Below, in pieces: positions 30,365 through 40,830 of a stretch of 56,838 nt of DNA (the first letter of the stretch is position 1; every line of letters begins with the position of its first letter). The notes beneath the pieces were generated by a model that made no database searches, was not told the DNA's origin, and saw nothing but the letters and a program-made list of their open reading frames with translations. The translations under genes were made by a program, and so were the position numbers. Source of the DNA: Cyanophyceae cyanobacterium (GTDB lineage Bacteria > Cyanobacteriota > Cyanobacteriia > Cyanobacteriales > Laspinemataceae); NCBI GenBank assembly GCA_038321985.1, contig JBBQFN010000034.1:1-56838 (forward strand). The letters are read 5' to 3'.

Positions 30365-32011
30365 ATGTCAGCGAAACCTAATGTAAATCGGTGGGCGATC
30401 GCGGTAGTGGCTGCTGTAGGTGTTGCCGGTGGATATTTATACTGGCGAAGCGCCTGGGTCGGAAGCTCGAATCCGGTAGAAAGTACAAAAGTGATTCCAC
30501 AAGACGCGCTAATGGCGGCTTATGTAGTCACCGATGAGAGTCAATGGTCGAATTTTGACAAATTTGGAACCCCAGGCGCACAGGCGGCGATCGCCCAGAC
30601 AGTTGCCAACCTGGAAACCCATTTCATCACTCAAACTAATCTCGATTACAAAAAAGACCTGCAACCTTGGATCGGCAATGTCACCCTGGCTTGGATCCCT
30701 TCCTCGACCACTGAAGTTGCAACCACTAACTTAAACTCTGACCTCTTATGGATTGTAGGCATTAAAAACCCACTCCGCGCCTGGTGGTTTGGCCGCAACT
30801 TGAGGTCTCACAGTGAGCTTACCCTGAATGAATCTAACTATAAAGGCGTTACCATCTCCGAAATCATTCCACCCGAAGGGATTCCTACTTATCAGGCAAC
30901 CCTGAATCACAAACTGGTGATTTCCCAGCAACGAAGCGCTGTAGAAAAGGCGATCGACACGACCCGTTCAGACTCCTCTTTCCTGATGAAATCTGGGGCA
31001 TCTGAACTGGTCACTCAAAGTGCAAAAGTTGATAATGCGTTAGTCCACCTTTACTTACCGGATTATAGCCAGACTGTTGAACCCCTGGGGAATAGTCTGA
31101 GCGATGGTCGCCGTTTACCCCAAGTGGACGGGGTAAAATCGGTGATGCTGAGTGCGGCAGTGGATAAACAAGGAATGCGCGTCAAGTTCCTCACCGAAGT
31201 TGATCCCCAGGCCATTCCCCAACATCCCACAGTCTCCAATGAACTCTTAAATCGCTTTCCGGCAGAAACGATCGCCCTAGTCAATGGTCACGGCATCGGT
31301 CGGTCTTGGTCAACAATAGTCGGTCAAAGTCAAGCCGCACCAGAGTTACAGGGATTTCTTCTCGCGATTCGGCAGATGTTTGCTGCGGTAAATCTGGATG
31401 TGGACCGCGAGGTATTTGGCTGGATGGATGGAGAGTTTGGCTTGGGACTGATTTCCTCAAACCAGGGTCTTTTAGGACAATTGGGATTCGGAGGGGCGGT
31501 TGTCTTTGAAACCAGCGATCGCCCTGCGGCAGAAGCGATGCTCGAAAAATTAGACGCGATCGGTCGCAATGTCGTCCCCTTTCCCTTATCGATCGCCCAA
31601 CGCACTGTATCTGGAATTACCGTTCGGGAATGGAAAATCCCCCTCCAAGGTGCGTTGTTAGGTCACGGGTGGTTAGATGATAATTCTCTGTTTATCGCCT
31701 TTGGCGGTCCCATTATCGATGCCATCACCACTCCAACGCCCACCTCGTTACAAAACAGTCCCAAATTCCAGGCGATCGTCGGTTCCCTACCTAACCCCAA
31801 TCAAGGCTATTTGTACCTAGATATGGAGCAAATTACTTCGGTCATCAATAGCCTTCCCTTTATGATGGGCGCTCAAATCTCCCCGGAAACCCTAGCCATT
31901 CTGAATTCTATTCGCAGCATCGGGGGGACCGGAACTTGGACTACTGCTACCCAATTTGAAAGCGAGATGTTATTTACCCTCACAAAAACCAAGGAAATAG
32001 CCACTCAATAA
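30365..32011 (+). CDS. DUF3352-like membrane-anchored protein
   Basis: N-terminal TM helix plus DYKKDLQPWIG, SNYKGVTI, FGWMDGEF and LPNPNQGYLYLD motifs typical of this cyanobacterial family. Confidence 0.7.
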   Translation: MSAKPNVNRWAIAVVAAVGVAGGYLYWRSAWVGSSNPVESTKVIPQDALMAAYVVTDESQWSNFDKFGTPGAQAAIAQTVANLETHFITQTNLDYKKDLQPWIGNVTLAWIPSSTTEVATTNLNSDLLWIVGIKNPLRAWWFGRNLRSHSELTLNESNYKGVTISEIIPPEGIPTYQATLNHKLVISQQRSAVEKAIDTTRSDSSFLMKSGASELVTQSAKVDNALVHLYLPDYSQTVEPLGNSLSDGRRLPQVDGVKSVMLSAAVDKQGMRVKFLTEVDPQAIPQHPTVSNELLNRFPAETIALVNGHGIGRSWSTIVGQSQAAPELQGFLLAIRQMFAAVNLDVDREVFGWMDGEFGLGLISSNQGLLGQLGFGGAVVFETSDRPAAEAMLEKLDAIGRNVVPFPLSIAQRTVSGITVREWKIPLQGALLGHGWLDDNSLFIAFGGPIIDAITTPTPTSLQNSPKFQAIVGSLPNPNQGYLYLDMEQITSVINSLPFMMGAQISPETLAILNSIRSIGGTGTWTTATQFESEMLFTLTKTKEIATQ

Positions 32012-32175
32012 TTGAGAAGTGGAAGTCTGGGGCGATCGCTTTGATACAATAAGCAATGATTTTCCTCTTGGAAATGGGATTCTATTTTTCTGTATTCCTC
32101 CCCAGTCGCTTCTACCGCAAATGTGACCTAAAGCGGTTGGGGAAAGCATCAACCTATCACCTAATCAGAACCCGA

Positions 32176-33099
32176 ATGACTGCATCTGTATCGAATTCCC
32201 CCGGACTTTTATCTCGTTTAATTAATGGATTATTATCGGTTAAGCCTGTAGCCAGTTTCGCCAAATCTAAAGCCCGGAAGATGATGATTGACCGGGCTGA
32301 AAATATGGGCGTTCCTTGGACGATCGAGGCGGGATCGCTCCAAAACCGCAATTGGGACCGCGAATTCCAACAGGTACAGAATCCCCACTTAATTTATCCC
32401 GATTATTACCTGCGTAGCTTTCATGCTTACGACCAGGGAAATTTAAGTTGGGAAGCTGCTAGCGAGGTAGAAGTCGCCGCTAAAGCTGTACACGCGACTA
32501 TTTGGAAAGGTGCCGATCCTGAAGGCGATCGCCGCTTGCGCAACAGCTACCATGAAGTGCTTTCCGCTCAAATTGGAGACTCTCCCCAGACCATTCTCGA
32601 TTTAGGCTGTAGCGTGGGTATGAGTAGCTTTGCCTTAGAAAAACTCTATCCCAAAGCAACCTTAACCGGCCTAGATTTATCCCCTTATTTTCTCGCCGTT
32701 GCTCAGTACAAATCCCCCAATAATTCAGCTATCAAATGGGTTCATGCTGCTGCTGAATCCACGGGTTTAGCCGATGCTTCCTTTGATTTAGTCTCATCTT
32801 TTCTGATGTTTCATGAACTCCCGGCAGATGCTTCTCGCAAAATTATCCAAGAAGCTCGCCGCTTACTTCGTCCCGGTGGACATCTGGCAATTATGGACAT
32901 GAATCCCCAGTCTGAGGCTTATGCCAAAATGCCGCCCTATATCTTAACTTTGCTCAAGAGTACGGAACCCTATTTAGATCAGTATTTTTCCCTGGATATC
33001 GAGGAATCTTTTGTAGAAGCCGGTTTTGAAAAACCCACCATTACTCAAAACACTCCTAGGCATCGGACTATCATTGCTCAAGTCAAAACCTCCCGTTAA
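32176..33099 (+). CDS. Class I SAM-dependent methyltransferase
   Basis: ILDLGCSVG, GLDLSPYFL, SFDLV and LLRPGG. The likely start is ATG 32176. Confidence 0.9.
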   Translation: MTASVSNSPGLLSRLINGLLSVKPVASFAKSKARKMMIDRAENMGVPWTIEAGSLQNRNWDREFQQVQNPHLIYPDYYLRSFHAYDQGNLSWEAASEVEVAAKAVHATIWKGADPEGDRRLRNSYHEVLSAQIGDSPQTILDLGCSVGMSSFALEKLYPKATLTGLDLSPYFLAVAQYKSPNNSAIKWVHAAAESTGLADASFDLVSSFLMFHELPADASRKIIQEARRLLRPGGHLAIMDMNPQSEAYAKMPPYILTLLKSTEPYLDQYFSLDIEESFVEAGFEKPTITQNTPRHRTIIAQVKTSR

Positions 33100-33175
33100 G
33101 ATTAGGGAATTTATCTGAAGGGATGGGTACAGGGGGAAGATAACCGGGTTTCTGCATAAAATTCAGGGCAATTAA

Positions 33176-33325
33176 CAGCAAATAGGGTCGATGAAACCCG
33201 ATTGTTTTATCGACCTTATTTGTTGGGTCCTGGGATACAGATAGGGATTACAATTGCCTTGGCATGACAGAGTGCTTTGCATCTTTCTGGCTCTATTTCC
33301 CGAGGCAGTAAGATGCAAAGCACTC
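33176..33325. repeat. Two long inverted repeats between convergent genes
   Basis: A 22-bp stem 33176-33197/33204-33225 (three G-U pairs on +) and a 16-bp perfect IR 33270-33285/33310-33325. Confidence 0.8.
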
Positions 33326-33415
33326 CTATCGTGAGCATTCTATCTTTACCTCACCCGACTGGTAAAGGCTATATCATACTGAACCCATACCTGGGTTACA
33401 TTGCTATCCCAACCC

Positions 33416-34123
33416 TTAGCGAAAGATGTTTTTAACCGCCGAATGGGCTTCTTTGCGTAAACCGTTAGCAATTCTAAACAATTCCTGTCCAGTGTGGAGA
33501 TAGTGTTCGTCATAGTTGAGGGTAAAGAACTCTAACTCATCAATACCATCTCCAATGCGATCGAGACAGTAGTAAAGATTAGCCGCAACACTGGCAACCG
33601 CTGCTGGATTTTGCATGGATTGGAAATAAATTTGAGACTGGTTGAGGAAATCGCGGCATTTTTGTAAATAAGCCTGAAAATCAGCCATCAATTCGTCATC
33701 AAAAGGGTCCGCTGCCAGGCAATCAATTTCCCCGTTTAGGGAATACAAAATTTGGTACAACATTCGGTTGATAGGCTGATACACCTGTTTAAGCCATTTT
33801 TCTAGGTGATCATCTGGATCAGGAGTGTTTTGGCGAGCCTGATGATATTTATTTTGAGCATGAGCAGTTCGGTGGTGCCGATCGCGCGATTGCGAGGGCG
33901 ATCGCTCATAGTCTTGACGGCGATCGTAAGATTGACGGCGTTGCGGGTCCCCTAATATTTCATACGCCGCATTAATCCGAATCATCTGTTCAGAGTCCGA
34001 TGATTCTAAATTTTTATCGGGATGTACGAGCTTGACTAACCGTCGATACGCTTGCTTAATTTCCAACTGCGTAGCTTTGGGATTAATCCGGAGAGTTTCG
34101 TAGGGATTGGTTACATTATTCAT
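33416..34123 (-). CDS. DnaJ-domain (type III J) protein
   Basis: N-terminal J domain: PYETL..IKQAYRRL..HPD..INAAYEILGDP. Confidence 0.9.
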   Translation of the reverse strand: MNNVTNPYETLRINPKATQLEIKQAYRRLVKLVHPDKNLESSDSEQMIRINAAYEILGDPQRRQSYDRRQDYERSPSQSRDRHHRTAHAQNKYHQARQNTPDPDDHLEKWLKQVYQPINRMLYQILYSLNGEIDCLAADPFDDELMADFQAYLQKCRDFLNQSQIYFQSMQNPAAVASVAANLYYCLDRIGDGIDELEFFTLNYDEHYLHTGQELFRIANGLRKEAHSAVKNIFR

Positions 34124-34934
34124 CTCTAAAACTATCAGATATTGACTCTAAAACAAGCGTTAAATAAAGATAAAATATAAAAAATTAACTTAAAAATATT
34201 TATCTTTAAGTCTCTAAATTATTTATTTTGGGACAGCATCTTTATTTAGCTTTCAATATTAATTATAATATTTCCAAGATATTTTGTCAAGGGTTAAATG
34301 TTTGGGTAACCGGCAATAATACTCAAGAAAATTTTAAGGGGAATGGGGAGAATGGGCCTGGAATTTAAGTCACAGTTCTAGGATGTCCCCCCGCTTTTCA
34401 AAAGAATGAAGTCCCCGAAAAAATACACTAAAAATTACAAACCTTTAATCTTACTATTTTTAGCCAATTTTATATGAAAAGTTGGGCCTACATTCCGGGG
34501 CCTGATGAATAAATTCCCGGAATTTTTCAAGAAAATTTCGCTAAAATAAACTCCCGAAAATCTTCTCCCGCTTTAGATAGAGCCAGGAAACTCTAATAAC
34601 ATCTCTTTAGAGAGAGGAAGCTCGATATTGTATTTCCTAATATGGTTTGAAGTGCGATATTCGCTCCGAGGTTGGAGTCCAAAGCAAATAGACTCAACGT
34701 GGTCAATTTAGGCTGAATCGGAGCTGCCTAGATTTTCCTAAATTCCTGAAGTGCGATCGCCATTTTCTATCCCCTTGCACTCAAAACCAAATATCTAGAG
34801 TGCAGCGGGTCTCATTTAGTCTATACCCTGACTCAAGCTAGGAGAAGAAGAGCCTTAAAAGTGATATAACCCCACTAACAATTGAGGCGACAACTCCAGG
34901 CTTGAATATTTCAAAAAAAAAGGAGACAAAAAGT

Positions 34935-35399
34935 ATGACAGAGCGTAATTTTACCTTGACTCTCGGAATTATCTTCGTCGTTTTGGGAGTAGCTGGATTT
35001 ATTCCCGGCTTAGTTTGGGTTCCCCAAAATCCCACCCCCACTTTATTATTTGAACCGAACTATTTTCCCGCTGATAAAGAATTTGGTGCTTTGTTTGGGA
35101 TGTTTCCCGTTAATACCCTACACAACATTGCTCACCTTCTAGTGGGTGGCTTAGGTATTATTTTCTCCGGAGATAAAAGTCGCGCACGCCTTTACAATCG
35201 GGGGTTTGCCATTTCCTATCTTGCCCTAGCACTTCTGGGATTATTCCCTTACACCGGAACCCTGTTCGGCTTTATGCCCATTTATGGTCATAATATCTGG
35301 TTTAACGCCTTAACTGCCGTGGGTGCCGCTTACTTCGGGTTTATCAAACCCACCCAAGAAGCAGCCGATCGCTCAGAAAATATGGCTTCTCTCAGCTAG
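34935..35399 (+). CDS. DUF4383-like membrane protein
   Basis: Four hydrophobic segments and FGMFPVNTLHNIAHL. SD AGGAG at 34921 precedes ATG 34935. Confidence 0.7.
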   Translation: MTERNFTLTLGIIFVVLGVAGFIPGLVWVPQNPTPTLLFEPNYFPADKEFGALFGMFPVNTLHNIAHLLVGGLGIIFSGDKSRARLYNRGFAISYLALALLGLFPYTGTLFGFMPIYGHNIWFNALTAVGAAYFGFIKPTQEAADRSENMASLS

Positions 35400-35574
35400 T
35401 GTTCTCTATCTAACCCAGGTAACATGGATCGGCGGCAGGGACGGGATTGGACCCCTTTCTGCCGCTATTTCTTTGGGACCGAAGGGTCTAAAGCCCCCGA
35501 GGCGATCGCGCTCTCTTAAATTCTAGCTATTATTAAGAAAAGTAAAGAAATCACTCATCCTTCGGAGTCAAACA

Positions 35575-36237
35575 ATGGGACTATTTGGATTAGGCAAAAA
35601 ACTGACCCTCCCTACCCCCGACAAAGCCCTACCCGGACGCCCGGAAGCCATTCCAGTTCCGGCAAATCACTTCGTTAACGGCAATCCTCTCAAACCCCCC
35701 TTTCCCGACGGACTCGAACAAGTCATCGTAGGCATGGGCTGCTTCTGGGGGGCCGAACGTAAGTTTTGGCAGCAAGACGGTGTATTCGTGACTGCTGTAG
35801 GTTACGCAGCCGGAATCACCCTCAACCCCACCTACCAAGAAGTTTGTAGCGGTATGACGGGCCACAACGAGGTGGTTTTGGTGGTGTACGACCCGAAAGT
35901 AATCACTTTTGAAAGCCTGTTAAAAGTATTTTGGGAAAGCCACAATCCCACCCAAGGAATGCGTCAGGGTAATGATAGTGGCACTCAATACCGTTCGGGC
36001 ATTTATGTATATTCTCCCGAACAGAAAAAGCTGGCAATGGCCTCAAAAGATGCCTACCAAAAAGCACTTTCTGCGGCAGGATACGGCGAGATTACTACCG
36101 AAATTATGGACACTCCCGAGTTTTACTACGCGGAAGGATATCATCAACAATATCTGGCAAAAAATCCTAATGGGTATTGTGGTTTAGGGGGAACAAATGT
36201 TTCTTGTCCCGGCATGAGTCAGGCTTCACCAGTTTAG
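35575..36237 (+). CDS. msrA: Peptide methionine-(S)-sulfoxide reductase
   Basis: GCFWG active site, YQEVCSG.TGH.E, QYRSGIY and YHQQYL.KNP.GYCG. Confidence 0.97.
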   Translation: MGLFGLGKKLTLPTPDKALPGRPEAIPVPANHFVNGNPLKPPFPDGLEQVIVGMGCFWGAERKFWQQDGVFVTAVGYAAGITLNPTYQEVCSGMTGHNEVVLVVYDPKVITFESLLKVFWESHNPTQGMRQGNDSGTQYRSGIYVYSPEQKKLAMASKDAYQKALSAAGYGEITTEIMDTPEFYYAEGYHQQYLAKNPNGYCGLGGTNVSCPGMSQASPV

Positions 36238-36247
36238 GAAGAGCTAA

Positions 36248-36271
36248 CCCGTAGCCTAGAGGCTGCGGGCT
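36248..36271. terminator. Hairpin between convergent msrA and the recA-like gene
   Basis: CCCGTAGCCT-AG-AGGCTGCGGG. Confidence 0.6.
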
Positions 36272-36278
36272 TCTTCTC

Positions 36279-37205
36279 TTAAGACTCTGCCCTAAGTTTT
36301 AGGACTTTTAGGATAGTTTTTTCGAGATGTTGATAGAGTTTTATATCCCGTTCTAAATAACGGAGGCAGTCTTCTCGACATTGCCCGATCGCCTTTCCTT
36401 GATAGCGATATCCAGACTTTTGGTAGGTAATCAATCGGAGTGTCTGTCCCAAATCTAACAAACAGCCTATATGAGAAATCCCTTGACCAAAGATAATATC
36501 AAATTCCCCCACTTCAAAGGGTGGGGATACTTTATTTTTCATCACCTTGGCTTGAACCCGAATTCCATAGTCTTCTAACCCGTGGGTGAGGACTTGAGTC
36601 GGGCGCATCTCTATCCGAACTGAGGCGTAAAATTTTAGCGAATCTCCCCCAGCGCTGGTTTCGGGCCCGGCAATGGAATAAAAACTTTGACGGAGTTGGT
36701 TAAGGAAAATCACGGCACAGTTTGAGCGCCGCATATTGTTAGTAATTCTGCGCAACCAGTAACACATTAAGTGTGCTTGTAACCTGGAGGATGTCTCCCC
36801 AACTGCGCGGGCCATTTCTGCTTCCGGGACTAGGGCTGCTACGGAGTCGATCGCCACTAAATCTACCCCTGCTGACCTCACCAAGCGATCGCTAATTTCT
36901 AAAGCCATCTCTCCCGTATCCGGTTGCGAAACCAGTAAATGGTCAATATCGACCCCAATTTTTACCGCGTATGCCGGATCTAAGGCGTGTTCTGCATCGA
37001 TAAATGCTGCCACCCCTCCCGCTTTTTGAACCTGGGCGATCGCATGAAGGGCGAGTGTGGTTTTCCCCGAACTATCCGGCCCAAAAATCTCGATCGCCTG
37101 TCCCTTCGGTAATCCCCCACCTAACGCTAGATCTAAAGTCAGCACCCCCGTGCCAAATCTCTGGATGCAAGGGTTTGAAGGGGTCAAATCAAGCCAACCG
37201 CTCAA
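36279..37205 (-). CDS. Divergent RecA paralogue (N-terminally truncated, altered L1/L2 loops)
   Basis: GPDSSGKTT, AFIDAEHALDP, SQPDTGE, IDSVAAL, IFLNQLR, LKFYASVR and KNKVSPPF. TTG start; lacks the first ~30 residues of canonical RecA. Confidence 0.85.
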   Translation of the reverse strand: MSGWLDLTPSNPCIQRFGTGVLTLDLALGGGLPKGQAIEIFGPDSSGKTTLALHAIAQVQKAGGVAAFIDAEHALDPAYAVKIGVDIDHLLVSQPDTGEMALEISDRLVRSAGVDLVAIDSVAALVPEAEMARAVGETSSRLQAHLMCYWLRRITNNMRRSNCAVIFLNQLRQSFYSIAGPETSAGGDSLKFYASVRIEMRPTQVLTHGLEDYGIRVQAKVMKNKVSPPFEVGEFDIIFGQGISHIGCLLDLGQTLRLITYQKSGYRYQGKAIGQCREDCLRYLERDIKLYQHLEKTILKVLKLRAES

Positions 37206-37359
37206 TCAATAACGCAGCAATGACCGCAACCCCAGTAATTCCTAACGCGACCAATGGATGTTGACCTTGGCTAACCGCAAATGAAGTGACTACACCGGCT
37301 CCTAGGGCTGCGGTGACGGCAGCACTTACGAGGTCTTGATTAGAATTTTTGTTGTACAT
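37189..37359 (-). CDS. Unannotated 56-aa two-TM small protein
   Basis: MYNKNSNQDLVSAAVTAALGAGVVTSFAVSQGQHPLVALGITGVAVIAALLIERLA*, a hydrophobic hairpin. It overlaps the start of the recA-like ORF by 17 nt. Confidence 0.7.
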   Translation of the reverse strand: MYNKNSNQDLVSAAVTAALGAGVVTSFAVSQGQHPLVALGITGVAVIAALLIERLA

Positions 37360-37602
37360 CTTTGCTATCTAGGGTAATATTTTTCAGTTGATAGGAACCC
37401 TAGCATCTTTATTTTTTTAGGGAAACCCTATCCCTAAATATTGCAATTATTCTTCTTGGTTTGCAAAATTTCTTAATACTTTATCCCGGGGCAGCCTTGC
37501 CCTTTTTTCTCTTATTCCCCTGCCTACTCGCCTAAAAAATTAAGCCCGCTGGGGCGGGCCGAGTTTGCTTCGGGGCCCAATCTGGCGCTGGGTGCCGAAA
37601 TT

Positions 37603-38052
37603 TTAATTCAGGCGTTCCGTATTGCCGCCTTTAATCCAACCGTCCTGACCACTCCCCTCTATCCGAATCTTTTCCCATTCCTTATCCGAGGTGAGTTCTA
37701 GAACCACCACCTGGGCATTAAAGTCGAGTCCGCCAATCGAGTTGGCTTCATAACCGGGGCGATCTCGCAAAATCAAGCCATCGGGCCAAATCACCTTGGC
37801 ACGGTAGGCATTCGGAGGAAGGGCGGCAGCGGGAGTTCCAGACCCTGAACTGGTGGTAGCAGACCCCCCTTTAGAATTCCCCGCCTGGGTTGCCGTAACC
37901 GCAGGCTGATCATTCGTAAAACTCGGTCTTGGGGGCAGTGCGGTTAATTTTGTAACAAAATACAACGCTGCGGCGACACTACCACCCGCAAGGATGATCA
38001 TCGCCAAAATAAAACCGAGGATAAACTGGACTAAACTGGCAAGACTCCGCAT
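37603..38052 (-). CDS. Membrane-anchored bacterial SH3-domain protein
   Basis: N-terminal TM helix and a C-terminal GLILRDRP...WEKIR...GWIK SH3b pattern. Confidence 0.8.
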   Translation of the reverse strand: MRSLASLVQFILGFILAMIILAGGSVAAALYFVTKLTALPPRPSFTNDQPAVTATQAGNSKGGSATTSSGSGTPAAALPPNAYRAKVIWPDGLILRDRPGYEANSIGGLDFNAQVVVLELTSDKEWEKIRIEGSGQDGWIKGGNTERLN

Positions 38053-38058
38053 AAATTC

Positions 38059-39585
38059 TTAGGATTCAGGCTGTTGCAGTTGACGTTGCATCCGACTATT
38101 CAATGTACTGTATCTTGAGGCAAGACGAGCTTTTCCCGCCGCCGCCCAATCTTTTAAAAACTGGATTTGCTCTGAAGCGGTACGCGCTAGGGGGACAATT
38201 TGGCTGGCTGCTTCCAAAATATCATCCGTCGTAAAGTCGCGGTTTTGACTAAATCCAATATGCATCGCTTCGATCAAGGCTTGTTCGATTTCTGCCCCGG
38301 AAAAATCAGGAGTTTCGTAGGCCAGCCGTTCAATATCATAGCTTTTCAAGTTATGGGGGCGCAATCGGGATAAGTGTACCGTAAAAATGGCGGTCCGTTC
38401 TTCTTGCGCGGGCAATCCCACAAAGAAAATTTCATCAAATCGACCTTTGCGAAGCATTTCCGGGGGAAGAGATTGGATATTATTAGCCGTGGCTACCACA
38501 AATACCGGGGAGGATTTTTCCGCTAACCAGGTGATAAAGGTCCCAAAGACGCGGCTGGTTGTGCCGGCATCGCCTTTACTATCTAATCCTCCAAATGCCT
38601 TGTCAATTTCATCAATCCAGAGGACGCAGGGGGCTAGGGCTTCGGCAAGTTGAATCATTTGTCGGGTGCGAGATTCCGATTCCCCCACTAATCCTCCGAA
38701 CAGCCGTCCGACATCGAGGCGCAGTAAGGGGAGGTGCCAGTGATGGGAAATGGCTTTGGCGGTTAAGGATTTGCCGGTGCCTTGAATGCCGACGAGAAGT
38801 AACCCTCGGGGATGGGGTAAGCCATATTGTCGCGCCCGTTCGGAGAAGGCACCACCGCGACGGATCAGCCAGTCTTTGAGGTTATCTAAGCCGCCAATAT
38901 CGGAGATTTGTTCCGTGGCGGGGTAAAATTCCAGGATTTGGGTTTGACGGATGATGGTGCGTTTTTCTTCAAGAATTAGTTCCACATCATCGGGTTCGAG
39001 TTGTCCGTGGGTGGCGATCGCCTTAGCTAAGACTCGGCGAATGCGATCGATAGAAAGCCCTTGACAAGAGCGCACAATTTCATCTAAGAATTTCCCCTCT
39101 AAAGGATGTCCCGTTGCTGAGAGTAACCGTTCCACTTCCCCTTTAATTTCCGGGCCATTGGGGAGGGGAAATTCTAATACCGTTAGGGCTTCGCTGAGGT
39201 CCTCGGAAATTGCCAGAACCGGAGAAATAATCGCAATATTTTTAGGTTGAGATTTGAGGGTTCTAGAGAGATTCCTGAGCTTTCGGGAAACGGATATATC
39301 CTCTAAAAATCGGTGAAAATCCCGCAAAATAAAAATTGCTGGTGCAGAGGCAGGCAACTTTTCGACAAATTCTAAGGCTTGGAGGGGGTTGCGGCGACCG
39401 AACCCGTTATCGTTAGGATTGCCCTGGTAGCCATCGACAAAATCCCAGATATAGACCGCACGATTGCCGAGTTCCTTGGCACAATTGGCGATCGCCGTTT
39501 CAACTCGTTCTTCTTCTCGGGTAGGAATGTAAATTAATGGATATCGAGCTCTTAGGAACAGTTTAAACTCTTCACTGAATGTCAT
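38059..39585 (-). CDS. ycf46: Ycf46-family AAA ATPase
   Basis: DIGGLDNLKDWL, GIQGTGKS, LWIDEIDK and RKGRFDEIFF. Confidence 0.88.
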   Translation of the reverse strand: MTFSEEFKLFLRARYPLIYIPTREEERVETAIANCAKELGNRAVYIWDFVDGYQGNPNDNGFGRRNPLQALEFVEKLPASAPAIFILRDFHRFLEDISVSRKLRNLSRTLKSQPKNIAIISPVLAISEDLSEALTVLEFPLPNGPEIKGEVERLLSATGHPLEGKFLDEIVRSCQGLSIDRIRRVLAKAIATHGQLEPDDVELILEEKRTIIRQTQILEFYPATEQISDIGGLDNLKDWLIRRGGAFSERARQYGLPHPRGLLLVGIQGTGKSLTAKAISHHWHLPLLRLDVGRLFGGLVGESESRTRQMIQLAEALAPCVLWIDEIDKAFGGLDSKGDAGTTSRVFGTFITWLAEKSSPVFVVATANNIQSLPPEMLRKGRFDEIFFVGLPAQEERTAIFTVHLSRLRPHNLKSYDIERLAYETPDFSGAEIEQALIEAMHIGFSQNRDFTTDDILEAASQIVPLARTASEQIQFLKDWAAAGKARLASRYSTLNSRMQRQLQQPES

Positions 39586-39660
39586 AGCAGATTAGATTTT
39601 GGAGTAGGATGTTTTGATGATTTTGGATCGCTTGACATCCTGCCATCCAAAAACCCTTAA

Positions 39661-40176
39661 CTAGCTTGGCAGTTGTTTTTTGAGTTGTTCTAAGGCTGCG
39701 GCCCAGCGGCGATCGCCCGCAGACAGAGGACTGCCCTTGCCTGGGGAAAACTCAATCCCTGTACAATCGCTATCGCAGAGTTGGCGGGAGGGAATTTCCA
39801 AACAAATCTGTTCGTACAACCAGGCTTCCGGGTCAAAATTGCCTTGAGCTGAGAGGGTTTCGACCAACTCTTCGAGGGCAATTTCTCGTTCCAGGGGGCC
39901 TTCATCCGGACCATTTCCCGCTTCATCCAGACAGATAATTTCCGTTGGCTCGATTTTAAGCCGATGATTGTACTGTTGCAAACAACGATAACAAGTGAGG
40001 GTAACAATGGTTTCCGCTTGGGCAGATACTTCTAAATAGTTTCCCCCATGTCTGACCTGTAGTCGTCCCCGAACCGGGGTCAAAGTTTCCAAATCTTGAA
40101 TGAACTGTTGAAACTCAACCGTTTGGGTCTGTTCGTGGGCTTTTGCTAACCGAGGAATATAAATTGCTTCCAGCAT
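39661..40176 (-). CDS. YceD/DUF177 family protein
   Basis: LTCYRCL and LEIPSRQLCDSDCTG...DRRWAAL; conserved position in the operon. Confidence 0.85.
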   Translation of the reverse strand: MLEAIYIPRLAKAHEQTQTVEFQQFIQDLETLTPVRGRLQVRHGGNYLEVSAQAETIVTLTCYRCLQQYNHRLKIEPTEIICLDEAGNGPDEGPLEREIALEELVETLSAQGNFDPEAWLYEQICLEIPSRQLCDSDCTGIEFSPGKGSPLSAGDRRWAAALEQLKKQLPS

Positions 40177-40338
40177 TCTGGTAACCCTGAGATGGAAAGT
40201 AATTTCATCGTAGTGATTTACAGGTTCAACCCGTTGGTTGGGAAACCCCCCTTACCCAGGGGCATTTCCCTCACTTCTAAAGGGCAGTCGGGCGGGTTTT
40301 AAGCGGCCTGCTGTGGGCGCGATCGCCCGAAAAGTTCT

Positions 40339-40830
40339 TCACACCGTTTCGCGCCGATGCACCACCAGTCGTCGGTCCGGTTCTTGTCCGCGACTGTAGG
40401 ATTCCAGATCCTCATAGTCCTTGAGGAAAGTATGAACCTGCCGTCGTTCCGCAGAAGAGAGCGCTGTCATTTCATGCTCTTCCCCGCTATCGCGAACCGC
40501 CTGGACTGCTTTTTCCACCATTTCCCGAAGTACCTCTTGTCGGCGAACCCGGTAGTGATTGAGTTCAATCGTATAGGAGGCTTGAACATCTGTAGGCTGG
40601 GCAATATTGAGAGTCGTGTTCGCCAGATACTGGATAGCATCGAGAACCTCTCCATCGGGACCCGTCAGGATTTCAATTTGTTCGGGGGTCAGATTTTTTT
40701 CATCAATAGTCAACCAAAAGCTATCGTCTTGCTCCTCGGTGGTGACTGAGCTCTCAATTCGTAATAATTTCAGCAGTTGTTCAATCCACTGCTGACCGCG
40801 CTGCATTGGACTGTGGGTTGAGGATACCAT
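40339..40830 (-). CDS. jag: Jag/KhpB-like RNA-binding protein (KH + R3H)
   Basis: G.VLDAIQYL, LSSAERRQVH and SYSRGQEPDRRLVV; lies directly downstream of yidC. Confidence 0.88.
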   Translation of the reverse strand: MVSSTHSPMQRGQQWIEQLLKLLRIESSVTTEEQDDSFWLTIDEKNLTPEQIEILTGPDGEVLDAIQYLANTTLNIAQPTDVQASYTIELNHYRVRRQEVLREMVEKAVQAVRDSGEEHEMTALSSAERRQVHTFLKDYEDLESYSRGQEPDRRLVVHRRETV

